64,000 bases of DNA. Source: an uncultured Planctomycetaceae bacterium. Its GTDB lineage: Bacteria > Planctomycetota > Planctomycetia > Isosphaerales > Isosphaeraceae. Positions 29,942 through 40,022 of the stretch are shown piece after piece. A program made the position numbers and the translations under genes. The stretch is from NCBI GenBank assembly GCA_963833985.1, contig CAWIAD010000002.1, positions 480,001 to 544,000 on the forward strand, written 5' to 3'. Position 1 is the stretch's first letter; each line of letters opens with the position of its first letter. A model generated the notes under the pieces. The model saw nothing but the letters and a program-made list of their open reading frames with translations. It made no database searches and was not told the DNA's origin.

Positions 29942-30140
29942 GAGACGGGGACGGAGTGCAAACGGGGATGCAGCTCGGGGGTAGAAATGGGCGCGTCGCT
30001 CGTTCACCAAACTGATCGCGTTCCCCGTTTCGGCTCCGCGTCACCGCTTCGGCTCCGCCAAACAAAGTAATCTCCCCTGCGATCAAAGTAATATCCCCTT
30101 TGGCCTCACAAAACGTAGCGGCGATTCGCTATGTCCCCCT
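29942..30140. repeat. Family C element with stuttered ends, plus AAAGTAAT.TCCCCT repeats
   Basis: GAGACGGGGACG / AAACGGGGATGCAGCTCG / GAAATGGGCGCG...GCGTTCCCCGTTTCGGCTCCGC / TTCGGCTCCGC; AAAGTAAT(C/A)TCCCCT twice. Confidence 0.6.
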
Positions 30141-30330
30141 GGATCACGATACTTCCAGCCACGCTGCCTGAGCTGCCAGGCCTGCATCCGTCGCCACTCC
30201 CTGAGATCCATGTGGCCAGTTCTGTCAACGTCCATGCCACATTATACTAGGCATAAAGGGACGGGCAATGCATTCTTGACCCGAGCGGTGGGATCGGGTG
30301 GCCTGTGCGGATCTTGCTGAGAGGTCCGCT

Positions 30331-30983
30331 GATGACGGTTGCCCGTGCGCATGTGGTGGATTCGGCGGTCACCCGCTGGTATCACTTGGAAAAAAAATGG
30401 AAAAAAAAGGACATGGAAAAAGGAAAAAAAAGGACAGGCATTGTTGCTTGCCCCGAGACGCTTGCGAGACGGCCATGCCTGTCCCTTTCTTCTCCTTTCT
30501 TCTGTGCCCGAGGCGAGCGCCCATACGTCGATCAAGGAACGGGTGGAGCACGTTCAGGAGCAGGGGCGCGCCGAGGACCTGAAGGCCGCCGAGGCCGGCA
30601 GTGTGGCAGGATCGCAGGCGGCGGAGGGACTGGAAGAAGGGCTGTGGCTGTGCCCGATCGAGGACCGCAGGAGGCTGGACTCGGACTCGGGTCGCGGTCG
30701 CGAAGGGATGGTCGAGGGGTTCTCGCTGGGGAACTATCTGCTGCTGGTGGACTACACGGGGCGGCTGTTTCGCGAGGGGAAGGCGGCGATCTCGGCGGAG
30801 CTGGCGGGGATCCTGGAGCGGCTGGGGAGCAATGCCGAGACCTGGCAGGCGCGGCTGCTGAAGCTGGCCGGCGGTCGGCTGCTGGGGCGGTTCTTTGCGG
30901 CGAGCCGGGAACGGCTGCGGGAGATTGCGGGACGGCTGGGGCGCCATCACCTGGCGAACCTGGGCGGGTGCGCGGTGAGGTGA
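30331..30983 (+). pseudogene. RAYT-like transposase with its catalytic core replaced by a family D element
   Basis: MTVARAHVVDSAVTRWYH (to ~30386), then a ~117-bp element, then VPEASAHTSIKER...HHLANLGGCAVR*; the 5' leader matches 26255-26330. Confidence 0.88.
30387..30503. repeat. Family D inverted-repeat element with stuttered ends
   Basis: AAAAGGACAGGCAT (30428-30441) / ATGCCTGTCCCTTT (30475-30488); A-rich partial left copies; CCTTTCTTCT twice on the right. Confidence 0.8.
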
Positions 30984-31016
30984 TGACGAGGCGGTGATAC
31001 GCGTGATGCGGCGCGA

Positions 31017-31462
31017 TGCAGGTCGGGCTCACGCCCGAGGTTGGAGGCTACGCCCGTGAAAACCACGTGCTCACGCACGTGGCCATGCGTGCCAAGCGGC
31101 GGGACGTGCGGACCGGGGACCCGTCGATGGGTCTGATGCGATGCAGGTCGGGCTCACGCCCGAGGCTAGGGGCTGCGCCCGTGAAAACCACGTGCTCACG
31201 CACGTGGCCATGTGCTATGCGCCGCGGACGCCGGGGCGGGTGCAGCAGTGCCGTGGCGATGAGCGTGATGCGGCCAGGTGCAGGTCGGGCTCACGCCCAA
31301 GGTTTGGGGCTGCGCCCGTGAAAACCACGTGCTCACGCACGTGGCCATCAGCCGCGGACTCCCAGAACGCTGACCTACGTGGCCACCGCCGCGGACTCCC
31401 AGAACGCTGACTTACGTGGCCACCGCCGCGGACTCCCGGAACGGCTGACCCACGTGGCCATG
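31017..31462 (+). repeat. Cluster of three family B REP-like units plus 36-37-bp tandem repeats
   Basis: GCAGGTCGGGCTCACGCCC...GCCCGTGAAAACCACGTGCTCACGCACGTGGCCAT at 31017, 31142 and 31279; GCCGCGGACTCCC(A/G)GAACG three times. Confidence 0.9.
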
Positions 31463-31469
31463 CCCCGCC

Positions 31470-31514
31470 GGGCCGGCATCACCTGACGAACCTGGGGGGA
31501 TGCGCGGCGCACTG
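31470..31514 (+). pseudogene. Short RAYT C-terminal tail fragment
   Basis: GRHHLTNLGGCAAH* matches the RAYT end GRHHLANLGGCAVR*. Confidence 0.65.
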
Positions 31515-31985
31515 AGCAGAGAGCCCAGGGCAACCGCGACATCGGTCCGGATGCGCAACATCTCCCGATTCCCGTGGCGTTTACACCGTAGACTCATCAT
31601 GACGGTGCATTCGCTGGCTCTTTGTCAATCCGGTCGTTGGCGAGAATCGGCGCGCGCCGCCAGGGTCAGGCGGCGCGCGGAGGCCCGGCCCCTATCTCAA
31701 GCCGGCTGTGGGCGATCCGCAGGCGGGAGCGATGAAAAAATTTCACGATCGAAGCCAATCGGAAAAGGGGAAAAGGTGATCCAACCCTGTGTTGCGAAAA
31801 GGGTAGCGTCCGACGGGTTGGTTCCGGACCCGCTGGAACGAAGCCAATCAGCCGGTCGAAAGCGGATAGGAGGCCGGCGGCCTGCACCATTCCACGCGGC
31901 ATGGGGTCCGTCCCGGCGGCCCCGGCACGATGACCCGAATCGGGCTGAGTTCGCGCGGACGGTGAGAGGTCCAGTGGCTCCCCAT

Positions 31986-34900
31986 TCAGCTCAGGTTCAC
32001 GACCAGAGCCTCTGCCTCGCGGAGCTGGATTTCTCGCGGCAGGGTGACGGTCACGCGCTGGCCCTCCTGGGCATGGGCGGCTTCGCTGGGCTGGCCGGCG
32101 GCCGATACGCGAACCAGGCCGATGCGTTGGCCCGGCGGCACTTCGAAGGCCAGCGTCTTGAGCCGCAGCGTGCCCCATTTCAGCTCGATGGTCTGGCGCT
32201 GAGTGTTTTCGTCCCGTTGCTGCGCGATGGTGCCCCAGCCTTCGGCCGCGGTGAACGGGGCGCGGAAGTCGTCTGGCGTGAGCCGGGGCGCGAAGCCCAG
32301 ATGGCCGGCGGGTCCGTGGTACTCGAAGCCGCATGCCGCCAGGAACACGCCGTGGCTGGCCATGGCGCGCGAGTAATGGTCCGAGCATTCGATCTCGTTG
32401 TACGGGTTGCGCCGCGCGGGGTGGTAGCGGTCGTGGATCATCCGCACGATGGCCATGCCCTCGGTGACCAAGTTCTCCCAGAGCATCTGAGCGGCCACCG
32501 AGTACTCGAAGCCGGTCCAGCATTCGTTGAAGTAAAAGGCAAACGCCGAGTTCGAGCCCGTCGCCTTGTCGGCACCGCCCCTGGGGAAGGTCGTCACCAG
32601 CAGGCCTCCCTCGCCGGGCATGGCGTACCAGCGGCCACCGGGGATGGTCTTGAACTTCTGGCGGTACGGGCCCACGTCGGGCGTGAAGTTGTAGCGCCAG
32701 AGTGAATGGAGCGCCAGGCGCGCCTCGGGCTGGGGAACGACGCGTGGCAGGTTCACCTGCAAGGCCATGCCGTGGCCGAGCAACTGGTCGCTGTGGCAGC
32801 CGACGTTCGTGTTGTTGTGACGGTTATCGGGCGGCTTGTGGATGAAGTACTCGCCGTTGAAGAGCTTGGCGACCAGGCTGTGCCGCCCGGCGTCCACGAG
32901 CGTGCGGCAGCGGTCCGCGAACGCGGCGTCGCCCATCTCACCGGCCATCGCCGCACCGGCCGAGAGGGCGGCCAGGTAGAGCGAGCTGATCCAGGCCATC
33001 GGCCCGAACCAGGCGGTGTCCAGCGTGTTCATCTGCTCGCCTTCGAGCAGGCCGTCGGCATCGCGGTCCTGGGCCATGATGAACTCGAGCGACCGCTTCA
33101 CGCGTGGCCAGATGCGCTTGAGGAACTCGGCGTCGGGCGCCATCTGGTGCTCGCGGTAGGCGCGGATGATCGTGCCGCAGAAGCCGTCGTGCGCCACATG
33201 GCGGTCGTTCTCGGCGCGGAAGTCCATTGCGCCGCTCTGGTGCCAGGCCAGGCCGAAGTCGACGCGCTCGCGGAGGTCGCGCTCGATCGCCGGAAAGAGC
33301 CGGGCCATGGACTGGGCGTACTGCCAGACGTGCTGGCAGGTCCCCGCGCAGCAATCGACACCCTCCCAGCCCCAGAAGCGGCCGTTGTCGAAGGCGTGGA
33401 AGGCCTGCGTTGCCAGGCAGTTCGCCGGCGTGAAGGTGCGGTCCAGGAACCAGTAAGGTAAGGTGGAATCGTACCAGGTGCGGTTCCAGAGCCGGGTCTG
33501 GGACGAGAGCCTCTGGAAGTGGTCGGCGACGTAGGCCGCCACGGCATCCGCGCCATGGAAGTGGCGGATGTAGTGCCGCCGGAGCTTCGGCATCCCGGTG
33601 ATGCCGGCCATCTCCCCGGTGACCTGCCCGTAGAACGGGAACCACCACGAGAGCAGGAACGTGAACGTGGCCGTTTCTCCAGGCCCGAGCGTCCGCTTGC
33701 GGCCAAGGGCGCCGATGAGCGGCTCGTTCAGCGGCTTGCGTTTCGGAGCCGCCGGGCCCTGGTTCGCGAACAGGCTCGCCGGGTCGAACTTGCCGTTCTG
33801 CCTGGCGTTCTCGACGTCGACGATCGTGATCAGACCGTCGCGCTCCTCGCCCAGAAGGCTGAGGGCCAGCGAGCCGTAGCCTGGGACGTCGTGCAGCGAG
33901 TCAGAGGCGGGCCGGTCGGTGAAGACGATCTGGTCGACTGTCGTGTGCCCCCAGCTCCCGGTGGCGTCGTCGACAACCTGGAGCTTTGCTTTCTGGCCCT
34001 GGAACTCGCGGACGTCGAAGGCGTCGTGCCTCATCTCGCCTCCGCCGGAGCCGGCCGCCCGGCGCACGACCTTGCCATCCACCAGGAGGCGCAGGCCCAG
34101 GCGATCCGCGTCGCGGCCGCCGCCGATGAGGAACCGGATGAACCGGCGCCCGATGGCGAACTCCGGGCTCGTGAGCGTGCCCTTGTGGGAGTCGGCGGCG
34201 CCGGCGTCCTCGCCGTGCCGCATCATGTGCGTATTCACGAAGCCCTTGCCCTGGTAACCCCTGAGCGTCGTGTAGAAGCGCCGCTCATTCTCGTGGTAGG
34301 GCCGGTCGTCGAAGGCGGAGCCCTCGGCTTTCCAGTTGCCGTAATTCTCGGCTTCAAAGTCGGCGAAGACCACGTCGGGCCTGGCCGGCGACTCCTCGGG
34401 GACCTGAAGGGCCGTGCCCAGCAGGGTCACGCGGTTGCGGGCGCTGGTGTCGAAGGCGTTCTGGCGCCGCAGAGTGAGGCCCCCGTCGCCCGCGCGGCAG
34501 ACCGCGTTTTCGAGCCAGCCGCAGAGGCTCACCTCGGCCGGCGACTGGCTGGTGTTCTTCACCTCGAAGGAGAGCACCGTGGCAGGCAGCGACGAGTCCG
34601 CGACATTGAGCGGGATGAACGGGGAGAAGGCCTCAAGCGTCACGTCGACGGGCAGATCGCCATCGTGGTAAGTCACACGGCCTATGGGGTACTCGCCCCG
34701 GAATGTGACGTCGCGAAACCCTTTCTGGTCAAGGGTCCGGACGACGGTCTTGCCGGCCTGGACCACCTGGAAGGCGAAGCCCTGCTCGACGGCCGGCCGG
34801 GGTTGCAGCGGATGCTCGTAGCGCGGGCCGGCCCAGATGTTGGGCGGGTGCTCCACGGTCGGGGCGGAAGTGAAGATGTCCCAGTACCAGAGACGGCCGT

Positions 34901-35228
34901 CGCCGCCCAGGTAGAGCTGTCCGCATGCGATGCCGCCCACGGGCATGCCGACCCAGTTCAGCTCGGCCCCGCGATAGGTCTCGGGCTGGCCGCGCCGGGT
35001 CAGTCCCCCCACCCACTGCGGACTGAGCTTCTTGTCGGCGGGCACGAGCGTCTCAAAATCCCGATCATCGAACGGCCCGGCCATGGCGGGCAGTTCCCGG
35101 AGCAGCGCTGCGGCCGCCGCGCCGAGGCCCGCCGTGGCCAGGAAATCACGCCGGCCGATGGAGAGAGGCTGAGGCCCGCAGCCGCAGCCTGACGAATCGC
35201 AATCGTTTCGAGGATCTTGCCGTTCCAT
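31986..35228 (-). CDS. GH116 family glycoside hydrolase (non-lysosomal glucosylceramidase-like), Tat-exported
   Basis: Tat motif GRRDFL; GMPVGGIACG, GEYPIG, AFSPFIP, WGWEGV.CC.GTCQHVW.Y, NECWTGFEY and NPYNEIECSDHYSRAMAS. Confidence 0.9.
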   Translation of the reverse strand: MERQDPRNDCDSSGCGCGPQPLSIGRRDFLATAGLGAAAAALLRELPAMAGPFDDRDFETLVPADKKLSPQWVGGLTRRGQPETYRGAELNWVGMPVGGIACGQLYLGGDGRLWYWDIFTSAPTVEHPPNIWAGPRYEHPLQPRPAVEQGFAFQVVQAGKTVVRTLDQKGFRDVTFRGEYPIGRVTYHDGDLPVDVTLEAFSPFIPLNVADSSLPATVLSFEVKNTSQSPAEVSLCGWLENAVCRAGDGGLTLRRQNAFDTSARNRVTLLGTALQVPEESPARPDVVFADFEAENYGNWKAEGSAFDDRPYHENERRFYTTLRGYQGKGFVNTHMMRHGEDAGAADSHKGTLTSPEFAIGRRFIRFLIGGGRDADRLGLRLLVDGKVVRRAAGSGGGEMRHDAFDVREFQGQKAKLQVVDDATGSWGHTTVDQIVFTDRPASDSLHDVPGYGSLALSLLGEERDGLITIVDVENARQNGKFDPASLFANQGPAAPKRKPLNEPLIGALGRKRTLGPGETATFTFLLSWWFPFYGQVTGEMAGITGMPKLRRHYIRHFHGADAVAAYVADHFQRLSSQTRLWNRTWYDSTLPYWFLDRTFTPANCLATQAFHAFDNGRFWGWEGVDCCAGTCQHVWQYAQSMARLFPAIERDLRERVDFGLAWHQSGAMDFRAENDRHVAHDGFCGTIIRAYREHQMAPDAEFLKRIWPRVKRSLEFIMAQDRDADGLLEGEQMNTLDTAWFGPMAWISSLYLAALSAGAAMAGEMGDAAFADRCRTLVDAGRHSLVAKLFNGEYFIHKPPDNRHNNTNVGCHSDQLLGHGMALQVNLPRVVPQPEARLALHSLWRYNFTPDVGPYRQKFKTIPGGRWYAMPGEGGLLVTTFPRGGADKATGSNSAFAFYFNECWTGFEYSVAAQMLWENLVTEGMAIVRMIHDRYHPARRNPYNEIECSDHYSRAMASHGVFLAACGFEYHGPAGHLGFAPRLTPDDFRAPFTAAEGWGTIAQQRDENTQRQTIELKWGTLRLKTLAFEVPPGQRIGLVRVSAAGQPSEAAHAQEGQRVTVTLPREIQLREAEALVVNLS

Positions 35229-35325
35229 GAGCCGTGCCCTTCATGTCGAATGATCCTGGACCACCCGCTGAAGATAACACGCGCCTGGCTCACGGTCACG
35301 AACGCTGCACGGCGGGCGCCCCGGT

Positions 35326-37659
35326 TCAGAAACGAGGGTCCACCGGCCCGCTCAGGAGATCCAGCACGAGGAGGCTGAAGGGGAACGGCTTGCCCTCGTC
35401 GACGGCCTCGTGGTTCAGACGAATCTCGTAATGGTCGTACGTGATGCCGTCACGGGTTTCCTGCCGCTCATCGGCCGAGAACCAGAACCGCACCGGCCAG
35501 GTCCCGTGGCGTGCGATCTGCTCGTAGTCCGCCTTGACGATCTCGAACTGGCGCCTGGCCGGTTGCGGCTCGCCGACCCGGCGGAGGTAGGTCTCGTAGA
35601 GCCGCAGTCCGGCCTCGATCGACTGCCGCGTCCTGTCCTCGCCCAGCCAGGCGGCCAGGGCGGATTTGCCCTCGCGTCGGAGCTGGTCGCGGAGGATGCC
35701 GACGGCGTTCTCCAGGGTTGCCGCGCCGGCATAGCGCGGCAGGTCCGTACGCAGCCGCTCGCCAAGTTCGCCGGCCCGCGTGCCGGTGAGCGTGCCCGCC
35801 GGCGGAAGCAAGCTGAGCTGCGGCATGCGGCTGGTGTCGATGACCTCGCCGCCGTTGGCCGTGATCAGGCAGCGCAGCGAGGCCTCATTGAGGGAACGGT
35901 CGAGGAACCGAACCTCGCCATGCACGAAGAGCGCGGCGAAGCCGCCCGCCATCGAGCCGCCGAGGCGGGGCAGGGGCTGGTCCGGCGCGAAAGGAAGCTC
36001 GTCTGGCCTGGTCCAGGGCACCGCGTCGGCGGCTTCCACAACCGCCAGCGTATTGCTGGTTCCGTCGGTGATCTCGCCGACGTTCATCCCCTTACCCTCG
36101 CGGAAGAACGCGGTGGGAACCCATTCCTGGGCCGGCTCGTCGACGGGCTCATCTCCCTCCGCGACGCCGGCTGGTGGCGCGGCCTGCGTCCTGTCTGATG
36201 CCTTGGCGGGAGTTGAGACCGGTCGCTTTTCCTTCCTGGCCCTCATGCCCCCCATCGTTCCCGAGGGACTACGTCTCCTGCTGCTCGCTCGGGGACCGCT
36301 CGCGGCGCCTGCTGCACCCTGTGGCTCGGGCTCCGCATTCGGTTGAACGCTCACGAATCCGCGATAGACGGTCGTGAAGGGTTGCCGTCCCGCAACAGCC
36401 GATGCGTAGGCCGCCGGCATGCGCTCCAGGAGGGGCCTGTTGTGCGGGCTGTCCCAGGGCTCATCGAGGTGGAATTCCTTGTAAAGGTCGGAGCGCGAGC
36501 GGCCGTCGTAGTCTTTCAGGTAAGGCAGGATGGCGACGCGCCAGCTCAGGAGCGGCTTGCCGTCGTTGCCGGTGATGGCGGCCGGCGGGTAGTGCCCTTC
36601 CGCGGCCTCATAGTTATGAAGCGCCAGGCCGACCCGTTTCAGGTTGCCGGCGTGCCGTGCCCAGATGGCATCGTCGCCGGGTTTTGATCCGGTCGTGGCT
36701 GTTGCCGCATGGCTGCCGGCAGGCTGCTCCTGTCGCGCCTCGGACTGCTGCCGCAGCAAGCCGGTGCCGAGGCCCACCACACTGGCCGTCAAGACGCACG
36801 CCGCGGCCCATCGGATCTTGTTTATCCACATGGCTCTGGACACCTCCTTCGCTCCCAGGATCACGCTTGAAGAGAGCGGGCCCGCCAGCGGCAGTCCCGT
36901 CCCCAGCCGATGGACGATTTGAACGGTGGAATGGATGAGCGGCCCGGAGCAGGTGGCCGGGGAGGCTTCTTCGACGGCAGCCACTCCCGCCAGAGCCAGG
37001 GACGGAGCAAGCCCGCGCCGGACCATACGGGACCTGAGCTTGTCTCGACCGCGGGACAGCCGGCTCTTCACAGTGCCGACGGGCCAGCCCAGGCGCAGGG
37101 CGGCCTGCTCGTGACTGACCTCCTCGAGGTCGCAGAGCACGATCGGCGCACGCAGTCGTTCGGGCAGCCGGCTGAGTTCTTCGTGAACGATGCGGGCGAG
37201 TTCGGCGGTCTCCGCCCGTTCGCCTGGGAATGTTCCTACGCGGCACTGTGCATAGCGCTCTTCGTGGCGCTTGCGCCGAGAACCGGCGGAACGCGAGCAC
37301 GATGCCACGCGGTAGGCCACTCCGTGCAGCCAGCTCGCCAGCGACTCCCTACGGCGTACGGAGCGCGCCTGCTGCGCCAGCACCAGGAACGTGGCCTGGA
37401 ACGCATCCTCCGCCTGGTGAGTTTCTCCGAGCACCCTGAGACAGACCCTCCAGACCATTCTGCCATGGCGCTGGACCAGGGTGGCAAATGCAGCCTCGGC
37501 GGCATCGTTGCCGCCAGTCATGTACCTTTCCAGAAGATGAGCGTCCGGCAGGCTTCCCAACGCTCCGGCCTGAAGCAGTACGCTGATCTGCCGCAGCACA
37601 CCCGGATACGGCTCTTGATTTGTTGCCACGGTCATTGCTCCCACGAGCGTCCAAGCCAT
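35326..37659 (-). CDS. ECF sigma-70 factor with TM and DUF1559-like C-terminal extension
   Basis: DAHLLERY...AFATLVQRHG.MV..VC...AEDAFQATFLVL...LGWPVGTVKSRLSRGR; LSWRVAILPYL, DEPWDSPHN and ITDGTSNT. Confidence 0.9.
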   Translation of the reverse strand: MAWTLVGAMTVATNQEPYPGVLRQISVLLQAGALGSLPDAHLLERYMTGGNDAAEAAFATLVQRHGRMVWRVCLRVLGETHQAEDAFQATFLVLAQQARSVRRRESLASWLHGVAYRVASCSRSAGSRRKRHEERYAQCRVGTFPGERAETAELARIVHEELSRLPERLRAPIVLCDLEEVSHEQAALRLGWPVGTVKSRLSRGRDKLRSRMVRRGLAPSLALAGVAAVEEASPATCSGPLIHSTVQIVHRLGTGLPLAGPLSSSVILGAKEVSRAMWINKIRWAAACVLTASVVGLGTGLLRQQSEARQEQPAGSHAATATTGSKPGDDAIWARHAGNLKRVGLALHNYEAAEGHYPPAAITGNDGKPLLSWRVAILPYLKDYDGRSRSDLYKEFHLDEPWDSPHNRPLLERMPAAYASAVAGRQPFTTVYRGFVSVQPNAEPEPQGAAGAASGPRASSRRRSPSGTMGGMRARKEKRPVSTPAKASDRTQAAPPAGVAEGDEPVDEPAQEWVPTAFFREGKGMNVGEITDGTSNTLAVVEAADAVPWTRPDELPFAPDQPLPRLGGSMAGGFAALFVHGEVRFLDRSLNEASLRCLITANGGEVIDTSRMPQLSLLPPAGTLTGTRAGELGERLRTDLPRYAGAATLENAVGILRDQLRREGKSALAAWLGEDRTRQSIEAGLRLYETYLRRVGEPQPARRQFEIVKADYEQIARHGTWPVRFWFSADERQETRDGITYDHYEIRLNHEAVDEGKPFPFSLLVLDLLSGPVDPRF

Positions 37660-37885
37660 TGCCTGACTGGATAAAGGGTAGTGTCACGAGCCCCAGAAAG
37701 CGTTCCGAGATTTGCAGGAGGAAGAAGGAATCCGAGGGCACCGGGGCCGATTCCAGCGCGGCGATCTTGCCGACTTGCCCGTGACAAGGTGGCGAATCTT
37801 CGTATGATCCGCCGCAGCCGCGGAAACAGGTGCAGCGGGCCGTGGAAGGTACCGCTGGAACCCGAAGTTCGCCCAGGGAGAGGAG

Positions 37886-39849
37886 ATGACGAACTTCGCG
37901 CCAGATCAACGAGTCCGCACGTCGCGCTGTGCCTGGACCGGCAGGGCGAGACCGCTGCTCATTGCCCTGCTTCCGCTCCTGCTGCTGCAAGGCGGTTGCG
38001 CCTCGATTGTGATTCACGAGCAGCCCACGCTCGACCGTACCGCGCTGGTCATCCCGGCCAGCAGCGCAAGGCCACCCGCCGATACCCTCGCCCTCATCCA
38101 GGCCGGCGTGACGCTCGACCGGAAGCATCCCGAATGGGCGGTCGCCTACTACCGGGACGCCGCCCTGGCGGCGCTTCCCTACGTGCTTCACGAGAAGCTG
38201 TCGACCCGCACGGAGATCGAGGCCGCAAGCCCGGCGCAGGGGGTTTACCGGCGGGCGATCGAGTACATGCTGGAAACGGCCCACCGTCAGGCGCAGGCGG
38301 AGGGAAGCTCCTGGACGGACGTGCTCGCACGTACGGGCATCGGCGTGCGAGGACGGGTGGGAATCTACGAAGCCGCGCGCTGGGAAGAGGCTCTGCCAAC
38401 GCGCCGGTTCGACGTGAAGGGCTTCCGCCACCGGGCGGGCAGGGGGGGTGCCGGGGCGCCGGTCGTGGTTTGCCTGACCCGTTCCGGACGGTGGGGCGAG
38501 CCCGCCACCGAGACGAGCGGAGCGCTCGTCGAGCCGTGCGAGGCCCACTTCCCCAGGACCCTCTACCGTGCTGCCGCGGCCACGCTCCGGACGGGAGTCG
38601 GCCCGGACGAGCCGCAGGCGGTTCTGGACCTGCACGACCCGGTCCGCCACCCCGCCATGCAATGGCAGCCCGACGCCCGCGCCCGGCCGTTCCACTGGCC
38701 TATGACATGACGGTCCCACTTGGACGCCAGTTTCATGTCGCCAACCTGAACCTGCTGGGAGCCCTCGGCGTCCTCTTCCCTTCGCAGTACGACGGCCGGA
38801 CCGGCATTTATATGCTTGATCCGTATATGCCGGGCAAGATTCCCGTGGTCTTCGTGCACGGCCTGATGTCCAGCCCGGAAGCCTGGGACAACGCCATGAA
38901 CGACCTGCGCGGCGATCCGGAGCTGCGCAAACGCTATCAGTTCTGGATGTTCTTCTACTCCACGGGGAACCCGATCCTGGCCTCCGCGGCGCGGTTTCGC
39001 AAGTCGCTCTCCGAGCTGCGGACCCAGCTCGACCCCGAGCACGCGGACCCGGCGTTCGACCAGATGGTCCTGATCGGCCACAGCATGGGCGGACTGCTGT
39101 CGCGCCTGGCCATCACCAACAGCGGCCAGACCCTCTGGAACACGGCCTCCAAGGTTCCTCCCGAACAGATTGTCATGGACCCGCCGCTCAAGGACCTGAT
39201 GGTGCAGGCCCTGGTCTTCGAGCCAGTGCCCACGGTCAGCCGGGTGGTCTTCGTGTCGACCCCGCATCGCGGCAGCCCCCTGGGAGACAACTTCGTGGGA
39301 CGGGTCGCATCGAGCATGATCCAGGTCCCCAGTGATATCGTCCAGATTCGCCAGGCCCTGGCCAAGTACAACGGCCAGGTGAATGTGTCCGAAGCCTTTC
39401 GCGGTACCCGCTACGCCACCAGCGTGGCGCAACTGGGGATGGGCAACCCCATCCTCCAGGCCATCAACCAGCTCTCGATGAGCGAGTCCGTGCCGTATCA
39501 CTCGATCATCGGCTACGACGGCAAGGAGCCGCTTCCCGCCGGCGGCGACGGCGTGGTGCCGTACACGAGCGCCCACGTCGATGGCGCTCTTTCCGAGCTG
39601 GTCGTCTCCAGCAACCACTCGGCAGAAGAAAACGAGGAAGCCATCCAGGAGATGCGGCGGATTCTCACGCTCCACTACAACGAGATCGCCCTGACGAGCC
39701 AGGCGCGGAAGAGCGGTCAATCACCCGCGGCTCGCATCACCCGTCCACCCGGGCAAACCCCCGTCCGCTACGCCCTCACACCCCCTGCCGCACCGCCCTG
39801 GAATGATCGCATCACCAGCGCCCTCACTCCGGGCAGGGCCGTGCGCTAG
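37886..39849 (+). CDS. Alpha/beta hydrolase lipoprotein (frameshift ~38685)
   Basis: LLQGGC lipobox; IPVVFVHGLMS, GHSMGG, TPHRGS and DGVVPY.SAH. Confidence 0.85.
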
Positions 39850-39969
39850 GCGAGCCTCATCGCCCACGGAAGCCCCGTCTCTGACGGCCATCCATCGTTC
39901 ACGGTCGTGTTCGCCCGTATCATTCCTGCATCTCGCCGGTCGACGGTGCGAATTCTTGTGTCGCGCCAC

Positions 39970-40007
39970 TTGACTGGTTAACAGTGTTAACTAAGATAAC
40001 AGCGTTA
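39970..40007 (+). promoter_or_regulatory. Sigma70-like promoter with twin TetR-type operators
   Basis: TTGACT-16 bp-TAAGAT; palindromes GTTAACAGTGTTAAC (39977-39991) and TAACAGCGTTA (39997-40007). Confidence 0.7.
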
Positions 40008-40022
40008 GCCAAAGGTTTGGAC

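Noticed and set aside
30139..30185. Weak resemblance to the LRR cassette leader (GATACTT(C)CAGCCACGC...TGCCAGG)
   Set aside because: The match is too short to claim a third copy without alignment statistics.
31017..31462. CRISPR array
   Set aside because: The ~70-bp units are too long, the 36-37-bp units are tandem with no unique spacers, and no cas genes are present.
31500..35192. Long plus-strand ORFs (31500-32705, 32706-33461, 33519-35192) and similar antisense ORFs elsewhere
   Set aside because: These are shadow ORFs opposite well-supported genes in high-GC DNA.
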